In this document: positions 32,260-43,130 of the stretch, in pieces | How positions within the stretch are numbered: position 1 is the first letter of the stretch | Layout: the number at the start of each line of letters is the position of its first letter | Origin: Nitrososphaerales archaeon | GTDB lineage: Archaea > Thermoproteota > Nitrososphaeria > Nitrososphaerales > UBA213 | Direction of reading: 5' to 3' | Assembly: GCA_965197925.1 (NCBI GenBank) | Contig: CBDAOC010000020.1 | Location: forward strand, 608,001 to 672,000 | DNA length: 64,000 nucleotides | Notes under the pieces: model-generated | What the model was told of the DNA's origin: nothing | The model's database searches: none | Seen by the model: the letters and a program-made list of their open reading frames with translations, nothing else | Position numbers and translations under genes: made by a program

Positions 32260-32893
32260 CTTTTATCCTCCCCATTGGAAACACGAATAGTGGGATAAAT
32301 ATTGCAGATATACCAGTAACTTTCGCTGTTATTGAAATGTAGTAGAACATTGACCCTGGGTAAATGAAATTATACCATCCGATAAACTCTCCTAGCCCAA
32401 GCATCCCTAATCCACACGCTATGAACAACGTACCCTTTCGCTGATTCCACATATATGAGACGAAAGTCTGAGTCGCTCCATATACTAATAGGATAAAAGA
32501 TATTGACCTTATTATATGCTCAATTGAATTACCTGGAATAACGAAAAGAGGCGCAATTGCTATCGAAACAAGTGCGAATGCAGGTGCCATGTGTTTGAAT
32601 GTTAAAGACTGTATAGAATGAGAGAATGCCAGAAAGAAATATCCTACAGCTTGAGAGCTCAAGCCTACTACTAAGAAAAAGTCTAGATTTGATACTATGG
32701 TCCATGAAAGTCTATCTGCTATTGAATGGACCCAAAGAATTAAGAATCCAATACTTATCGCTGAGAAAGCTATTCCCAATCTAAGAAGTGTTGGACTTTC
32801 AACACTTCTATAGCCATTATATGCAATCTTAGCTATAAGTAAACCGATACTGAACCCCAATAGGTTCATTATGCTTTCGAAGATTAGGTCCAA
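32243..32893 (-). CDS. Polytopic membrane protein (about 7 TM), coupled to the wHTH gene
   Basis: About seven hydrophobic segments; 17-bp overlap with the wHTH ORF. Confidence 0.7.
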   Translation of the reverse strand: MDLIFESIMNLLGFSIGLLIAKIAYNGYRSVESPTLLRLGIAFSAISIGFLILWVHSIADRLSWTIVSNLDFFLVVGLSSQAVGYFFLAFSHSIQSLTFKHMAPAFALVSIAIAPLFVIPGNSIEHIIRSISFILLVYGATQTFVSYMWNQRKGTLFIACGLGMLGLGEFIGWYNFIYPGSMFYYISITAKVTGISAIFIPLFVFPMGRIKVGSGI

Positions 32894-32959
32894 CTAAATT
32901 TATAGTATTTAAATTCTATAAAAGTCTTGATCTAAACATTTCTCAAATCGTACAATATA

Positions 32960-33124
32960 TCACTTGTAGTCATTCAAAATATCTCTATATCTAAGATCCT
33001 TGTATGCTATCATTTTGACATATTCACCATAGCTTATTTCTAATGAACATGTAGTACATTTCACACGTGAAAAATTATCTTCCAGCTTTGCTTTCTCAGT
33101 ACATTGAGGGCAGATTACAAGCAT
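32960..33124 (-). CDS. Small zinc-ribbon protein, 54 aa (not in the ORF track)
   Basis: MLVICPQC...VKCTTC...YGEYVKM with two CxxC pairs. Confidence 0.7.
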   Translation of the reverse strand: MLVICPQCTEKAKLEDNFSRVKCTTCSLEISYGEYVKMIAYKDLRYRDILNDYK

Positions 33125-33200
33125 ATTATTTCTTCCCAATACAACTTAATAATGGTTTTGTTATCAAAAAGAATAATAGCTGTATGTTCATAGCATAAGT

Positions 33201-33470
33201 GTGACACAAACATGTTCAAAATGTGGGAAATCTATTGATGAAAACGGCACGGATCCAATAGACTCTAAACAATATGCATGCTTTAACTGCAGAGATGAGT
33301 GGGTCAAGTATAGCGTAATGGTGATAAACGAAATGCGCTTAGATATGTCGTTGCCTGAACACAGGAAGATGTTAAAGAAGTATGAAAGAGTATTTTTCGG
33401 TTTAGAAAAGCCAGAACAAGGTATGAGAGACCTTAGCAAAGACGAGGAAAGAGTTCCAGATGAGAATTAA
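33201..33470 (+). CDS. Hypothetical protein with N-terminal CxxC...CxxC
   Basis: CSKC and CFNC; GTG start. Confidence 0.55.
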   Translation: MTQTCSKCGKSIDENGTDPIDSKQYACFNCRDEWVKYSVMVINEMRLDMSLPEHRKMLKKYERVFFGLEKPEQGMRDLSKDEERVPDEN

Positions 33471-33931
33471 CTAATCATTAATACTTTCTTCGCGGTCCAG
33501 GGAATAGCTTCAATAAAGTTTATTTTCTTGTCATTCGATAAATTATCGATATATTCTTTCAGTGATTTGCCTAGAAGTTCCCTCATGTTATCTGGTAACA
33601 ACTCGAATACAGATATCAAACCTTCAATATTCAATTTATCTAATATTTCCGGAGACGTAACCAAGACATCTACATAAGCTCCAAACATTGCTTTGCGTTG
33701 CCCCTCATCAAATTCACACAAGACTTCCATCCACGTTTTGACTAATTTCGATAATACACTAAAGTCTATCTCAGGAGCGGTTTTCAAAGTGTTTATAATT
33801 ATTTCCTTTTTTTCAATTTCAGAAAAGGTAAGGAATTCTATTAACCTGTTCTTCACCATGGATTTCCGCAAAAATTCAGGTAAACCAGCTAGTATTTGAA
33901 GTATGTTTCCTGCCGTGTTTGAATTTGACAT
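33467..33931 (-). CDS. Conserved-looking hypothetical helical protein
   Basis: Long ORF with ILAGLPEFLRK; divergent from purA. Confidence 0.65.
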   Translation of the reverse strand: MSNSNTAGNILQILAGLPEFLRKSMVKNRLIEFLTFSEIEKKEIIINTLKTAPEIDFSVLSKLVKTWMEVLCEFDEGQRKAMFGAYVDVLVTSPEILDKLNIEGLISVFELLPDNMRELLGKSLKEYIDNLSNDKKINFIEAIPWTAKKVLMIS

Positions 33932-33980
33932 TCGGATAACTCCCCACTTCACTTAAATATAGTTTACCTGCACAGACTTC

Positions 33981-34979
33981 ATGCCAGCAACAGTTGTAGT
34001 TGGGGGTTTCTTTGGTGATGAAGGAAAGGGTAAGATAATTTCTTACCTCGCATTGAAAGATAAACCGACTATTGCTGTCAGAGGTGGTGTTGGTTCCAAT
34101 GCTGGACATTCATTTGTGTTAGACGGTAAAATACACAAAGTACGAATGTTACCTAGTGCGGTATTGAGTCGAAGCACCAGACTGATGATCGGTGCGGGTG
34201 TTCTAATCAATCCGGAAATTTTGCTTTCCGAGATTGAAAGGTATGAAGTTCATGATCGTGTGTTTATAGACAGTCAATGTGGTATTATTGAAGCACGTCA
34301 TATTGAAAGGGATAAAAGTGATGATCTTAAAGGCAGGATAGGTACCACAGGCTCAGGAACTGGTCCCGCAAACGCAGATCGAGTTATGCGCACTCTCGGT
34401 CTGGCTAGAGAAATGAAGGATCTTGTATTCTATTTGGATGATGTTAGTAATTCTATTAATTTTGCACTCGATAGAAATGAGAGCGTGTTAGTCGAAGGAA
34501 CACAGGGAACTTTTCTTTCTCTTTACTTTGGAACCTATCCATTCGTAACTTCTAAAGACGTTACCGCATCAGCAGTATGTGCAGATGTAGGATTGGGACC
34601 GAAACGTATTGATAACATTCTACTTGTACTCAAGGCATATGTAACGAGAGTAGGCGCCGGTCCATTAGAGAATGAACTTAGTAAGGAAGATTCACAAAAG
34701 CGTGGTTGGTATGAAATTGCTACTGTAACTGGAAGAGAGAGAAGAGCGGCACCATTCAACTATGAACTTGCAAAAAAGGCTATCTTGCTAAACAGTGCGA
34801 CCCACCTAGCGATTACCAAACTCGATATTGTTTTTCCAGAAAGTATACATACGCGCGATTATGACAAACTTTCCGATAACGCCAAGCATTTCATAACGCA
34901 GGTAGAGAAGAATACGGGACTCGAGGTAGTACTTATTGGCACAGGAGAAGATATTAATGATATGATTGATAGACGCTAG
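33981..34979 (+). CDS. purA: Adenylosuccinate synthetase (short archaeal type)
   Basis: GDEGKGK, NAGH, IGTTGSG, EGTQG, YPFVTS, TVTGRERR, TKLD. Confidence 0.97.
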   Translation: MPATVVVGGFFGDEGKGKIISYLALKDKPTIAVRGGVGSNAGHSFVLDGKIHKVRMLPSAVLSRSTRLMIGAGVLINPEILLSEIERYEVHDRVFIDSQCGIIEARHIERDKSDDLKGRIGTTGSGTGPANADRVMRTLGLAREMKDLVFYLDDVSNSINFALDRNESVLVEGTQGTFLSLYFGTYPFVTSKDVTASAVCADVGLGPKRIDNILLVLKAYVTRVGAGPLENELSKEDSQKRGWYEIATVTGRERRAAPFNYELAKKAILLNSATHLAITKLDIVFPESIHTRDYDKLSDNAKHFITQVEKNTGLEVVLIGTGEDINDMIDRR

Positions 34980-35019
34980 TTTTTTTGTGCATTATTCACT
35001 CTTCTCATAATATAATATA

Positions 35020-35093
35020 CGCTGTTCAATCTTCGGGTGTTTTGGGTTTTTTCAGGAATGAAAACCGTGAAAAGCCCCTAGGATTGAACAGTG
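35020..35093. mobile_element. 74-bp MITE-like inverted-repeat element
   Basis: cgctgttcaatc...gattgaacagtg arms extending imperfectly to about 24 bp; TA on both sides. Confidence 0.5.
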
Positions 35094-35385
35094 TAATATA
35101 ATAGGATTTGTCAAGTTTTAGGTGGGTTTGCAGATATAAATGCAAGCATGGGGAACATATTTTCCTTCAACAAAAATAATGACTTGCCCTATTATAATAA
35201 CAAACTACAACGGTTAGATAGTATTCCCATACAGTATTGATAGTAATTTTACACCAATACAATCACCCCCGAAAAATTGTACTGTAAGAGTTGAAAAACT
35301 TGTATTTCCTAGCGAGATTGATGAATATGGATATATATACATGAAGGTCATGATGTTCAAAATAATGCTACTGTGGTAATGAAAT

Positions 35386-36156
35386 ATGAATGATAATTTT
35401 CTTACGAGAATAAAAACAAGTACAGAAAAACATGAGAGTAGAATAGTGCTTGCTTTAGATATCAATTATACAAACAGAGATAATGTAATGGCCGTTGCAA
35501 AGAACACCATCAATTTGCTACAGGAGTATATCTGTGCTGTCAAGATAAACTTCCATCTACTTCTTCCTCTTGACTTTTACTCGGAGGTAGAAGAGATAAC
35601 AAATCTTGCACATTCACACAATTTACAGGCAATAGCAGACATAAAGTTGAATGATATTGCTAATACGAATAATATTGCATTATCCCACCTCTGGTCAGTA
35701 GGCTTCGATGCCGCAACTGTGAGCTCCTTTATCGGTTTCGACGGGTTGAAAGAGGCAATTTCTAATGCACATGAAAACAAAAATGGTGTTATTGCACTTA
35801 TATATATGAGTCATAAGAGCGCACGTGATACTTATGGACTGCGGGTTGTAGACCCCAAAGGTGGCCAAATTATACAAATGTACGAGCTATTTTTAAACTG
35901 GGTTGAACAACTAAATGTAGACGGCATTGTTGTTGGTGCTACTGTTCCTGAAGTAATCAAGCTATGTTCAGAGCGTGTGAAAAACAATATGTTAATTTTT
36001 TCCCCAGGAGTTGGCTGGCAGGGTGGCGATGCAAGGATAGCCCTTGACTATGGTTCTGATTATGTCATAATTGGAAGATCTATACTCGATTCAAAAGAGC
36101 CTGATAAAGAGGCAGCAAAACTAAGAAAATTCACGTGGGATAAAACATCGAACTAA
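35386..36156 (+). CDS. pyrF: Orotidine 5'-phosphate decarboxylase
   Basis: VLALD, DIKLNDIANT, VVGAT, SPGVG.QGG, IIGRSI. Confidence 0.95.
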   Translation: MNDNFLTRIKTSTEKHESRIVLALDINYTNRDNVMAVAKNTINLLQEYICAVKINFHLLLPLDFYSEVEEITNLAHSHNLQAIADIKLNDIANTNNIALSHLWSVGFDAATVSSFIGFDGLKEAISNAHENKNGVIALIYMSHKSARDTYGLRVVDPKGGQIIQMYELFLNWVEQLNVDGIVVGATVPEVIKLCSERVKNNMLIFSPGVGWQGGDARIALDYGSDYVIIGRSILDSKEPDKEAAKLRKFTWDKTSN

Positions 36157-36578
36157 GTATTACTCTTGATAATACTTAAGAAACTGTTTGCTTCTTTCAA
36201 TATAATTTTGGAGTTTTTATATGTTAATAGTTTTATCGCACAATCATAGTTCAACCATTTATACCCTTGGTGCTCGAAGGATAATTTAACCTTCTTGGAA
36301 TTGGTCTTACTTAAATAAAATATTACTTCTTTCTCCACGAGATTTCCCCTCTTTTTGTAGTTATATGTGATCTTTTTTCTAAAACCATTAATAAACTCGA
36401 TATTATCAATTGCTGTTTCTTCCTTGATTTCTCTCTTAATCGTATCTATCTCTGTTTCACCTTCCTCTCGATTACCCTTAGGAAATTCCCAATGTCCCGT
36501 AGGATAATGCAATAACAAATACTCTATGTTGTCACCATTTTCATTAAAGAGCACAGAGCCAGCTGAACGTTCTTGCAT
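36153..36578 (-). CDS. NUDIX hydrolase (Ap4A hydrolase-like)
   Basis: ERSAG, HWEFPKG...GE......REIKEET, LSFEH. Confidence 0.9.
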   Translation of the reverse strand: MQERSAGSVLFNENGDNIEYLLLHYPTGHWEFPKGNREEGETEIDTIKREIKEETAIDNIEFINGFRKKITYNYKKRGNLVEKEVIFYLSKTNSKKVKLSFEHQGYKWLNYDCAIKLLTYKNSKIILKEANSFLSIIKSNT

Positions 36579-37214
36579 GGGTCTACTGTATAGAACACCT
36601 AACTAATCCTTTCGGTTATGATGAGATTATACATACTTTCTTTACTATATGCTATACCTCCACTCTCTAGACTGGTATGTAGGAAGAGCCCGCGTAGATA
36701 GATCTTTCTAAATTCAGAATAGAATACAATGATAATATAGCTCACCGTACATTCTGCAATCTGAGAAATCATTAACTCTATTCTCCCGTTGTTTGTGTAA
36801 TAATATCTAGTTCAGGTTATGGCAATGGAATGAATGAAGACAAGTTGGAGTGTACACATTTATTTAAGAAATATCCGCTATGCCAACATTCATCATGTTA
36901 GATTCCTTTCTATGCAAATCAACCATTCCAATATACCCTCCATATGCAATCACTATGTTCAAATAGATATCTTAACAAGCAGCAGAAGCCTCATCAATGT
37001 TCTTCAATACTCTTGTTATTCAATAAGGTAGAAGATAGAGGTTCCCTACTTTTACATTCATCATGAACTTATGGATGTTAGGATCGTGTAAAAGTTCCTT
37101 CAACAATTGCTCTGTCAAATAGTATGGTTATTTTAACTCCTCGCCCTTACATTCTAAATTTTCTATTGATAACTCGCAAGAATGATTATCCTAATTCCTA
37201 TTGTATTACACTAT

Positions 37215-37285
37215 CTTTACTTCTTTACTTTACTTCTTTACTTCTTTACTTCTTTACTTCTTTACTTCTTTACTTCTTTACTTCT
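37215..37285. repeat. Tandem repeat (CTTTACTT)n
   Basis: Eight full 8-bp units plus one partial unit. Confidence 0.9.
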
Positions 37286-37432
37286 ATTAGCTTCATTGTA
37301 AAGATCTATTTTATACAAATACAAGAGGGATATGTTAATCTTCTATTTCTATCAGGAACAATTGCGATATGCTGGATAGTATTTATCTAGACCTGACAGA
37401 TAATTTGATATGAACCATAATGAGACACCTAA

Positions 37433-38473
37433 GAGTCTATCCTAAAATTCTAGCTGATAGTTAATGATTGGTAGAAATGATAACATTTAGAATGCAAGAA
37501 TATTAGTTCATACTGCCAGGTTTAGTTTTCTTACTATTGATTTTATTAGTATTGTAGATAGTAGATACTAGAGACAGTTGCATTAACGTGTTTATGACAC
37601 TACCAATATATCGCTCTGTACACTATTAGGCAGTTAGCAAATTCTACTAGCGCCTGATAATTTTCCTCTCTCTTCTCGAACCTTACCAATAACTTTCTGA
37701 ACCTGTTATGCCAAGATGCGGTTCTTTCTACAACCCATCTCTTTGCTTTACACAAATTCTTTTTCAACACTTCACCCTTATGACGAATGTGATCCACATA
37801 TCCCCTTCCTAACTCCATACTCTATCTCAGGGAAATCGTATCCTATTCATGCATATGTTCTGTTTAACTTTGGGCCTATCAACAACAATGCTATCTATTG
37901 TAGGAAAGGCTGATTTCATATCGTGCTTGTTTGCTCCAGTAATTACAGATGAGAGAGGTACTCCTCTTCTATCAACCAGCATGTGACGTTTGGTACCTAG
38001 CTTGCCTCTATCCGTTGGGTTTGCTCCGGCCGTTTTCCCCCTAATGGGGCCTTCGGTACGCTATCCATGGATTGCCAGTCCCATCCCATGCTCTTCAATT
38101 CATCATATATTTCCAGCAGCCTCTTCCATACCTTCTTGAATACTCCTATCCCAATCCATTCCTGAAATCTTGCATGGCAAGTTGAACCAGAACCAAATTC
38201 TTTCGGCACCTTCTTCCACTGGCATCCAGTTCTTAATACGTACAGTATTCCATTCAACACTTTTCTAAATGGCACAGCTGGCCTTCCAACTGTTCTTGCT
38301 GGTTTCCTTGGCGCAGCACTAGTTCGAACTCTTCCCATAGATCGTCTGGTATATGCCATATGGTCGGCATGCTCTTTTTCTTAGCTTTTATCACAAATTT
38401 AGCTAGAGAGAACAGATCTAGATCTGTTTCGGTATAAACAATCAGGCCGTGATGTTAATTTTCGGATAAGCTC
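37433..38473 (-). mobile_element. IS5-family element, group B copy 3
   Basis: Same TIRs as the other B copies; TAA on both flanks; 1041 bp. Confidence 0.9.
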
Positions 38474-38492
38474 TAAGTGAAAGTGATATAGA

Positions 38493-39626
38493 TCAGTTTG
38501 TTAACTGCTTGGCCCTCTTTTTCTTCCTATAATACCTAAGTACAAACGTTGCTGCTACCAAAGTCAGTGCAAGACCAACCAAGAGTGAAGTAATTAGATT
38601 CAATGGACTTCCCTCTCCGACCAACACGAACAAGAACTGTTGCATAGGGATATAGAATAATGCTAGCACTATAAGCCGCAGTACATCGCTCAATGCCCTC
38701 AAGCTTCCTTTGAACCAGTGACTCAATAACATTCCTCCAAATATTGTTCCCAAACCTATCCACAAAAGCGTAAGCATTCCACTTGCAAAGTATCCTATTA
38801 TCTTAGGGTTAGTTGTAATCTGCGCTGGTGTCATCCCATCAGTGATCAGACCTCCTGGTATTGCCGCATAACCCATCTGTAGTGAAGCCAACATGATCAT
38901 AATTCCTGCTACCAGCGAAAAAACTTTAATAAAGCTTGAGGGGGTGAACCAAGCAAGATTTCTTATGGCCTTATCTAGATCAAAACCCCTAAGAATTAAA
39001 GCTACGCCTAACACAATTGCTACTGAAGCAAAAGCATAAGCTGAAGGAAATCCGTAATAAATTTGGAATATAGTTGCTAATGCACCAACTATTAACAATG
39101 CACCTGGGACACCTAGGAAGAATTTAGAATATCTAGAGTCATAAACCAATGATTTCAAATATCTGCCTAAAACAGCATAAGAATATTCAACACTTCTACT
39201 ATGCTTTATTACAACACGTTGTACAGAAATTACTGGAATCATATTCTGTATTATGGGTAAAACAGCTTCATCATCTATTCCATCAGAAACTACTACAGCA
39301 CCGTCTGCCTTGTACTTTTGCAATATATCTTGCAATTGGTAAGCAATCTTTTCATCCGCCTCCAGTCCTCTCTTAAATGATCCAGATACCAAAGCAACTT
39401 CAGGACTATGACGTTTGCTCAATAGTTCATCATACAATTTTATTGCAGCAAAAATAGAATTAGAATCGGCTTCCTCAGGATCTTCAATTGCAAGTTTTAT
39501 TCCTGCATGTATACAATTTTCCTTGCCTACAACGGGAGTTTTCACTCCACTTTTGGAACCTATATCATCATCCCTATCGATGCAAAGAACAAGAATATTC
39601 TTTGTATTCGAATGTATGTCTGACAT
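38493..39626 (-). CDS. DUF373 family membrane protein
   Basis: LVLCIDRDDDIG, DPEEADSN, VSDG.DDE, hydrophobic C-terminal half. Confidence 0.9.
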   Translation of the reverse strand: MSDIHSNTKNILVLCIDRDDDIGSKSGVKTPVVGKENCIHAGIKLAIEDPEEADSNSIFAAIKLYDELLSKRHSPEVALVSGSFKRGLEADEKIAYQLQDILQKYKADGAVVVSDGIDDEAVLPIIQNMIPVISVQRVVIKHSRSVEYSYAVLGRYLKSLVYDSRYSKFFLGVPGALLIVGALATIFQIYYGFPSAYAFASVAIVLGVALILRGFDLDKAIRNLAWFTPSSFIKVFSLVAGIMIMLASLQMGYAAIPGGLITDGMTPAQITTNPKIIGYFASGMLTLLWIGLGTIFGGMLLSHWFKGSLRALSDVLRLIVLALFYIPMQQFLFVLVGEGSPLNLITSLLVGLALTLVAATFVLRYYRKKKRAKQLTN

Positions 39627-40955
39627 ATCCTATTTTTAGGACTACAAACTTATTAATCAACCTAATCTGTGAAACTTCATTTATGAGATGGTGTCCGTTA
39701 TTAACGCAATAACTCTGGTAAGCCTTATGTGGCTCTCGAATGTGTTAAAAATATCGTTCTCGAGAATTCCAGATTGGTCAAATTAATTCTTATCAAGGTG
39801 AGAAGGAGAATATACCCGTATAATAGATATGGTGGTCATTGGGTTGAAATAGCGGCCTTATACCCGTTTGAAGTTGCTAGATGTCAGGACCGCTGTTAAT
39901 AATGTCAATGGTAATATTACTTAGACTTTATTTTTAATATGAATAAGCCTATTGGTACTTATGTGAAAAAAGTATTTCAAAAGTATTCGAAGGGCAGTGC
40001 AGCGAAGACAACTAGAAAAATTTACTCGCAAAAAATATAGCCCTGATATACTCTTTCCTATCAATTACGTGAAAACTCGATTATTCTTTATCAAAGATGC
40101 GTGGGGTAGTTTACTATGCTTTCAAACTAGCATCACCCATCAGAAGATCCTCTTGTTGAAGTACCATGCGATGATACACATAATATACGAATTATATGTG
40201 TATGGACAATTAACTACGGCAAGCTTGTTCGTAAGATTGATTCCTGTACTAAGCAAAAAGATAGAATGCTGTATTATAGATGACAAACCCGACATTGGAA
40301 ATATTGAAATGGTTGAAGTACAAAATTGCCCGATTTTCAAAACATTTGTGTACAGGTAAAGTTTGGCTAACTTTTGTAAGTCCACTCTGAAGTAGGAAGA
40401 AAGGTATAGTGGTAGCGCGAGTTGTTTTTAGAATTAAACTTAATATGATGAAAACTGTAATTGTACAAGGGAGAAGCACCCTTTTTTGAAAGTATGAAGA
40501 GCTTGAAATAGGAATAGAATCAAGTAATGAGGTTGATATACATGTGAAGAGATAGGACATTAATTCAGATGAAGTGATATTATTAAACACTATGAAATGC
40601 TTTACAGTGCAACACTAGTGGGCTATAATTTAGAGGGTTACATGATTAGTTGTAATTTTGGGACAAATTATACTACCAGTTCAGGTTTTTAAATCGAAAT
40701 AAAAATAAAAACATAAAAATGAATTTAAAAGGATTCAAGTTTGATCTTGCTTCCAGCTGGTAGAGAGGTTGCCCATAATATACCACCTTTGATTTTGGTG
40801 GAAAAAGAAATTAATGCAGGCAAAGAGAAACAACATAAATCTTGTAATAGTATCATATTACCTATTCTATAATAACACATGTAGGCTTTGGCTTGGTTTC
40901 AAAAATGAGAATCGATATATGGGTTTAAAAGTAGGATGTTTGGTGAAAAATTACT

Positions 40956-41243
40956 GTGGCGTTTGAAACTGCGAGCACGAGGAGCATATTGCTTTTATTT
41001 GGTATTCTAGTAGCTGGTTCAGCTATATTCCTAGCAGTAGCGGTTTTTCCTGTAACAAACCTTATTCGTAACACTGTAACAGCAGATGGGATTATTGCTT
41101 CTAGTATTAACAACGAATGTGTAGTAGATACACCAGACAATATTCCTAAAGTGATCAAAAATTGTGATCTGCAACCTGGTAGTAAGGTTACTGTAAACTT
41201 CCAAGAAGGAATGTACGAAGCAAAGATCGCTTCTCAACCATAG
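40956..41243 (+). CDS. Small membrane-anchored hypothetical protein
   Basis: One N-terminal TM segment and two Cys; TATA-like tttaaaa upstream. Confidence 0.6.
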   Translation: MAFETASTRSILLLFGILVAGSAIFLAVAVFPVTNLIRNTVTADGIIASSINNECVVDTPDNIPKVIKNCDLQPGSKVTVNFQEGMYEAKIASQP

Positions 41244-41280
41244 TTGAAACTATAAATTGTTGACTATTGATGATGATACT

Positions 41281-41409
41281 ATGAGGATCTGCAAAGATTG
41301 TACAGAGCATAGACTTATTTATGATCTAATTACTTCTGTTGAAAAGTGTGATTGCAATTGTCACCTTGATTACGAAACTGGTTGTACCACTGATCCGTGT
41401 TGCAGATAA
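41281..41409 (+). CDS. 42-aa Cys-rich peptide, metallothionein-like (not in the ORF track)
   Basis: MRICKDCTEHRLIYDLITSVEKCDCNCHLDYETGCTTDPCCR*; 8 Cys and 2 His; tataaat at 41251. Confidence 0.55.
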   Translation: MRICKDCTEHRLIYDLITSVEKCDCNCHLDYETGCTTDPCCR

Positions 41410-41548
41410 AAGATTTTAATTAAATACTCGAAAATCCTTTGAGAATACGTCACTATTATAGATCATTTGAAACACAAGAGCCGGAGTGCTAATAGTGATA
41501 GTTTTTGCCTAAGCTCTTACAACTTGTTTATTTGCTTCATTTTCACTG

Positions 41549-42532
41549 TTGTCTCGAATAATTATCATATTAACAGGTATCCAACCCTTTTAGAATTCAT
41601 TGTAATGAATATATTGTATATGGATGCTTTTAACATGTCCCTTCACCACATTCTTCCATCTTATTGCCTTTACATGTTCACCAAGGATACGCTTGATAGC
41701 AGAGAAAACTGATTCGGCTATCCATCTGTGTAAATATTCATGATATTTCTTCCATGTATCAAGATCATCCTTCTGTTCTATTACCGATAGCTTCCTTGGC
41801 ATGCATCCCCATTGCTTTTAGCGATGCATTACTCCTAACCTTTATCAGTGGTTCAATACAGTTCTCGGGAAGGAGCCTGAAGTTCCTTCTAGAATCATAA
41901 GCTCCAACTGCTATTACTGATCACATTACCTTTCTTCAACACTTCTTTTATCATAGATTTCATCTTCTTGCCGTCATGTACATGCTCTAATTACCCTCAT
42001 TGCAACTATCTCTTTGCTTTTCTTATCCACAATATGCTTCTTGATGAATCCCCTTGCATGCCACTTCTTCCTTACCCATTCTTCCCTGTTTGCTACCTTT
42101 ATGTCAGAGGAATCTGTAGATGCTACAAGAACATCCTCCTTCATAATTGATAGATCTATCTTAATGCCTATCTTCGCTACCTTCCATACTATGCTTGTGA
42201 AGTAAGGTACATTCAGTCCCCTTGCATGTTACTTACTTCATTGTTGTGAATCCTTCTAACTGCTTTATAGCAGCAGGTAAGCATGCACAACAGAAAGCAC
42301 CTTTAGGAATGATTCTCGATACACGAATGGCTTGCCTACCTTCCATGCCTTCATTCTTGCTAATTCGCCAGAGCATGAATCTATAAAATCCATATCAAGA
42401 AGTAACTCTCCCCTTTTTCCAGTACATCACACCTTTTCTAGTTCATATCAGGCATGAATCTCACTGATAATAATTGATCAAAATCTCATTCTATCAAATA
42501 TTCATGATCTTCAGGTTGATTATTCGACACAG
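41549..42532 (-). mobile_element. Degenerate IS5-family element, group E
   Basis: TIR-like ends ttgtctcgaataat / attattcgacacag; fragments such as RWIAESVFSAIKR; many frameshifts. Confidence 0.75.
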
Positions 42533-42926
42533 AACTGTTTTCACATCATATACTATGTCGTCTTCTCAAACCCATAATGCTCTATAATACGAATTGACTG
42601 GTTTATTCCCAATCAACAAACTTGTTATTCAGCTTTTGCCCCATGTCTGTAGGAGTAAATATTGCCTCTTCCATTTTCTACGACTCAATTATTGTCTCAA
42701 ATGTAATATATGAACAAATATTTTTCTTCTCTAACTCGAAGAATATATTCAATATGTAATATTTTTTGGTAATTGAGCGATCACAAAAGAAATTCAATTA
42801 ACATTAAAAATAATATAAGAAATATATCTAATGAGCCACAGGTTTACTATATTTAACGATGTCTCAAGGATGTTTAGAAAAATTACAAAATCTTAAATAC
42901 GAGTCCAACGAAGCCCTCAGAAGAGA

Positions 42927-43070
42927 ATGACAACTGCTTATTGCGTTAAATGCAGAAATAAAGTTGAGATAAAAAACCCAAAGGCTGTTACGCTAAAGAA
43001 TGGTAGGCCAGCAACATCTGGCGTCTGCCCTGATTGTGGAACCAAAGTATTCAAGATAGGAAAGGCATAG
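42927..43070 (+). CDS. DUF5679-like small zinc-binding protein, 47 aa (not in the ORF track)
   Basis: AYCVKCR...LKNGRPA..G.CP.CGTKVFKI; TATA-like cttaaata at 42892. Confidence 0.85.
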   Translation: MTTAYCVKCRNKVEIKNPKAVTLKNGRPATSGVCPDCGTKVFKIGKA

Positions 43071-43130
43071 ATCCTCTAACCTTCTTTTTATGACAAAAAA
43101 TTATATGTAATGATCTCGAATGAATAAGCG

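Noticed and set aside
24681..37285. Short repeat arrays as a CRISPR locus
   Set aside because: Units are 8-20 bp and abut without unique spacers; no cas genes are in the window.
37124..37390. ORF with repeated LLLYFFTS
   Set aside because: It is the translation of the CTTTACTT tandem repeat.
39997..40359. IYELYVYGQ resembling the Elp3 RELHVYG motif
   Set aside because: Only one short motif and no other recognisable segment. It may be an eroded gene but cannot be supported by eye.
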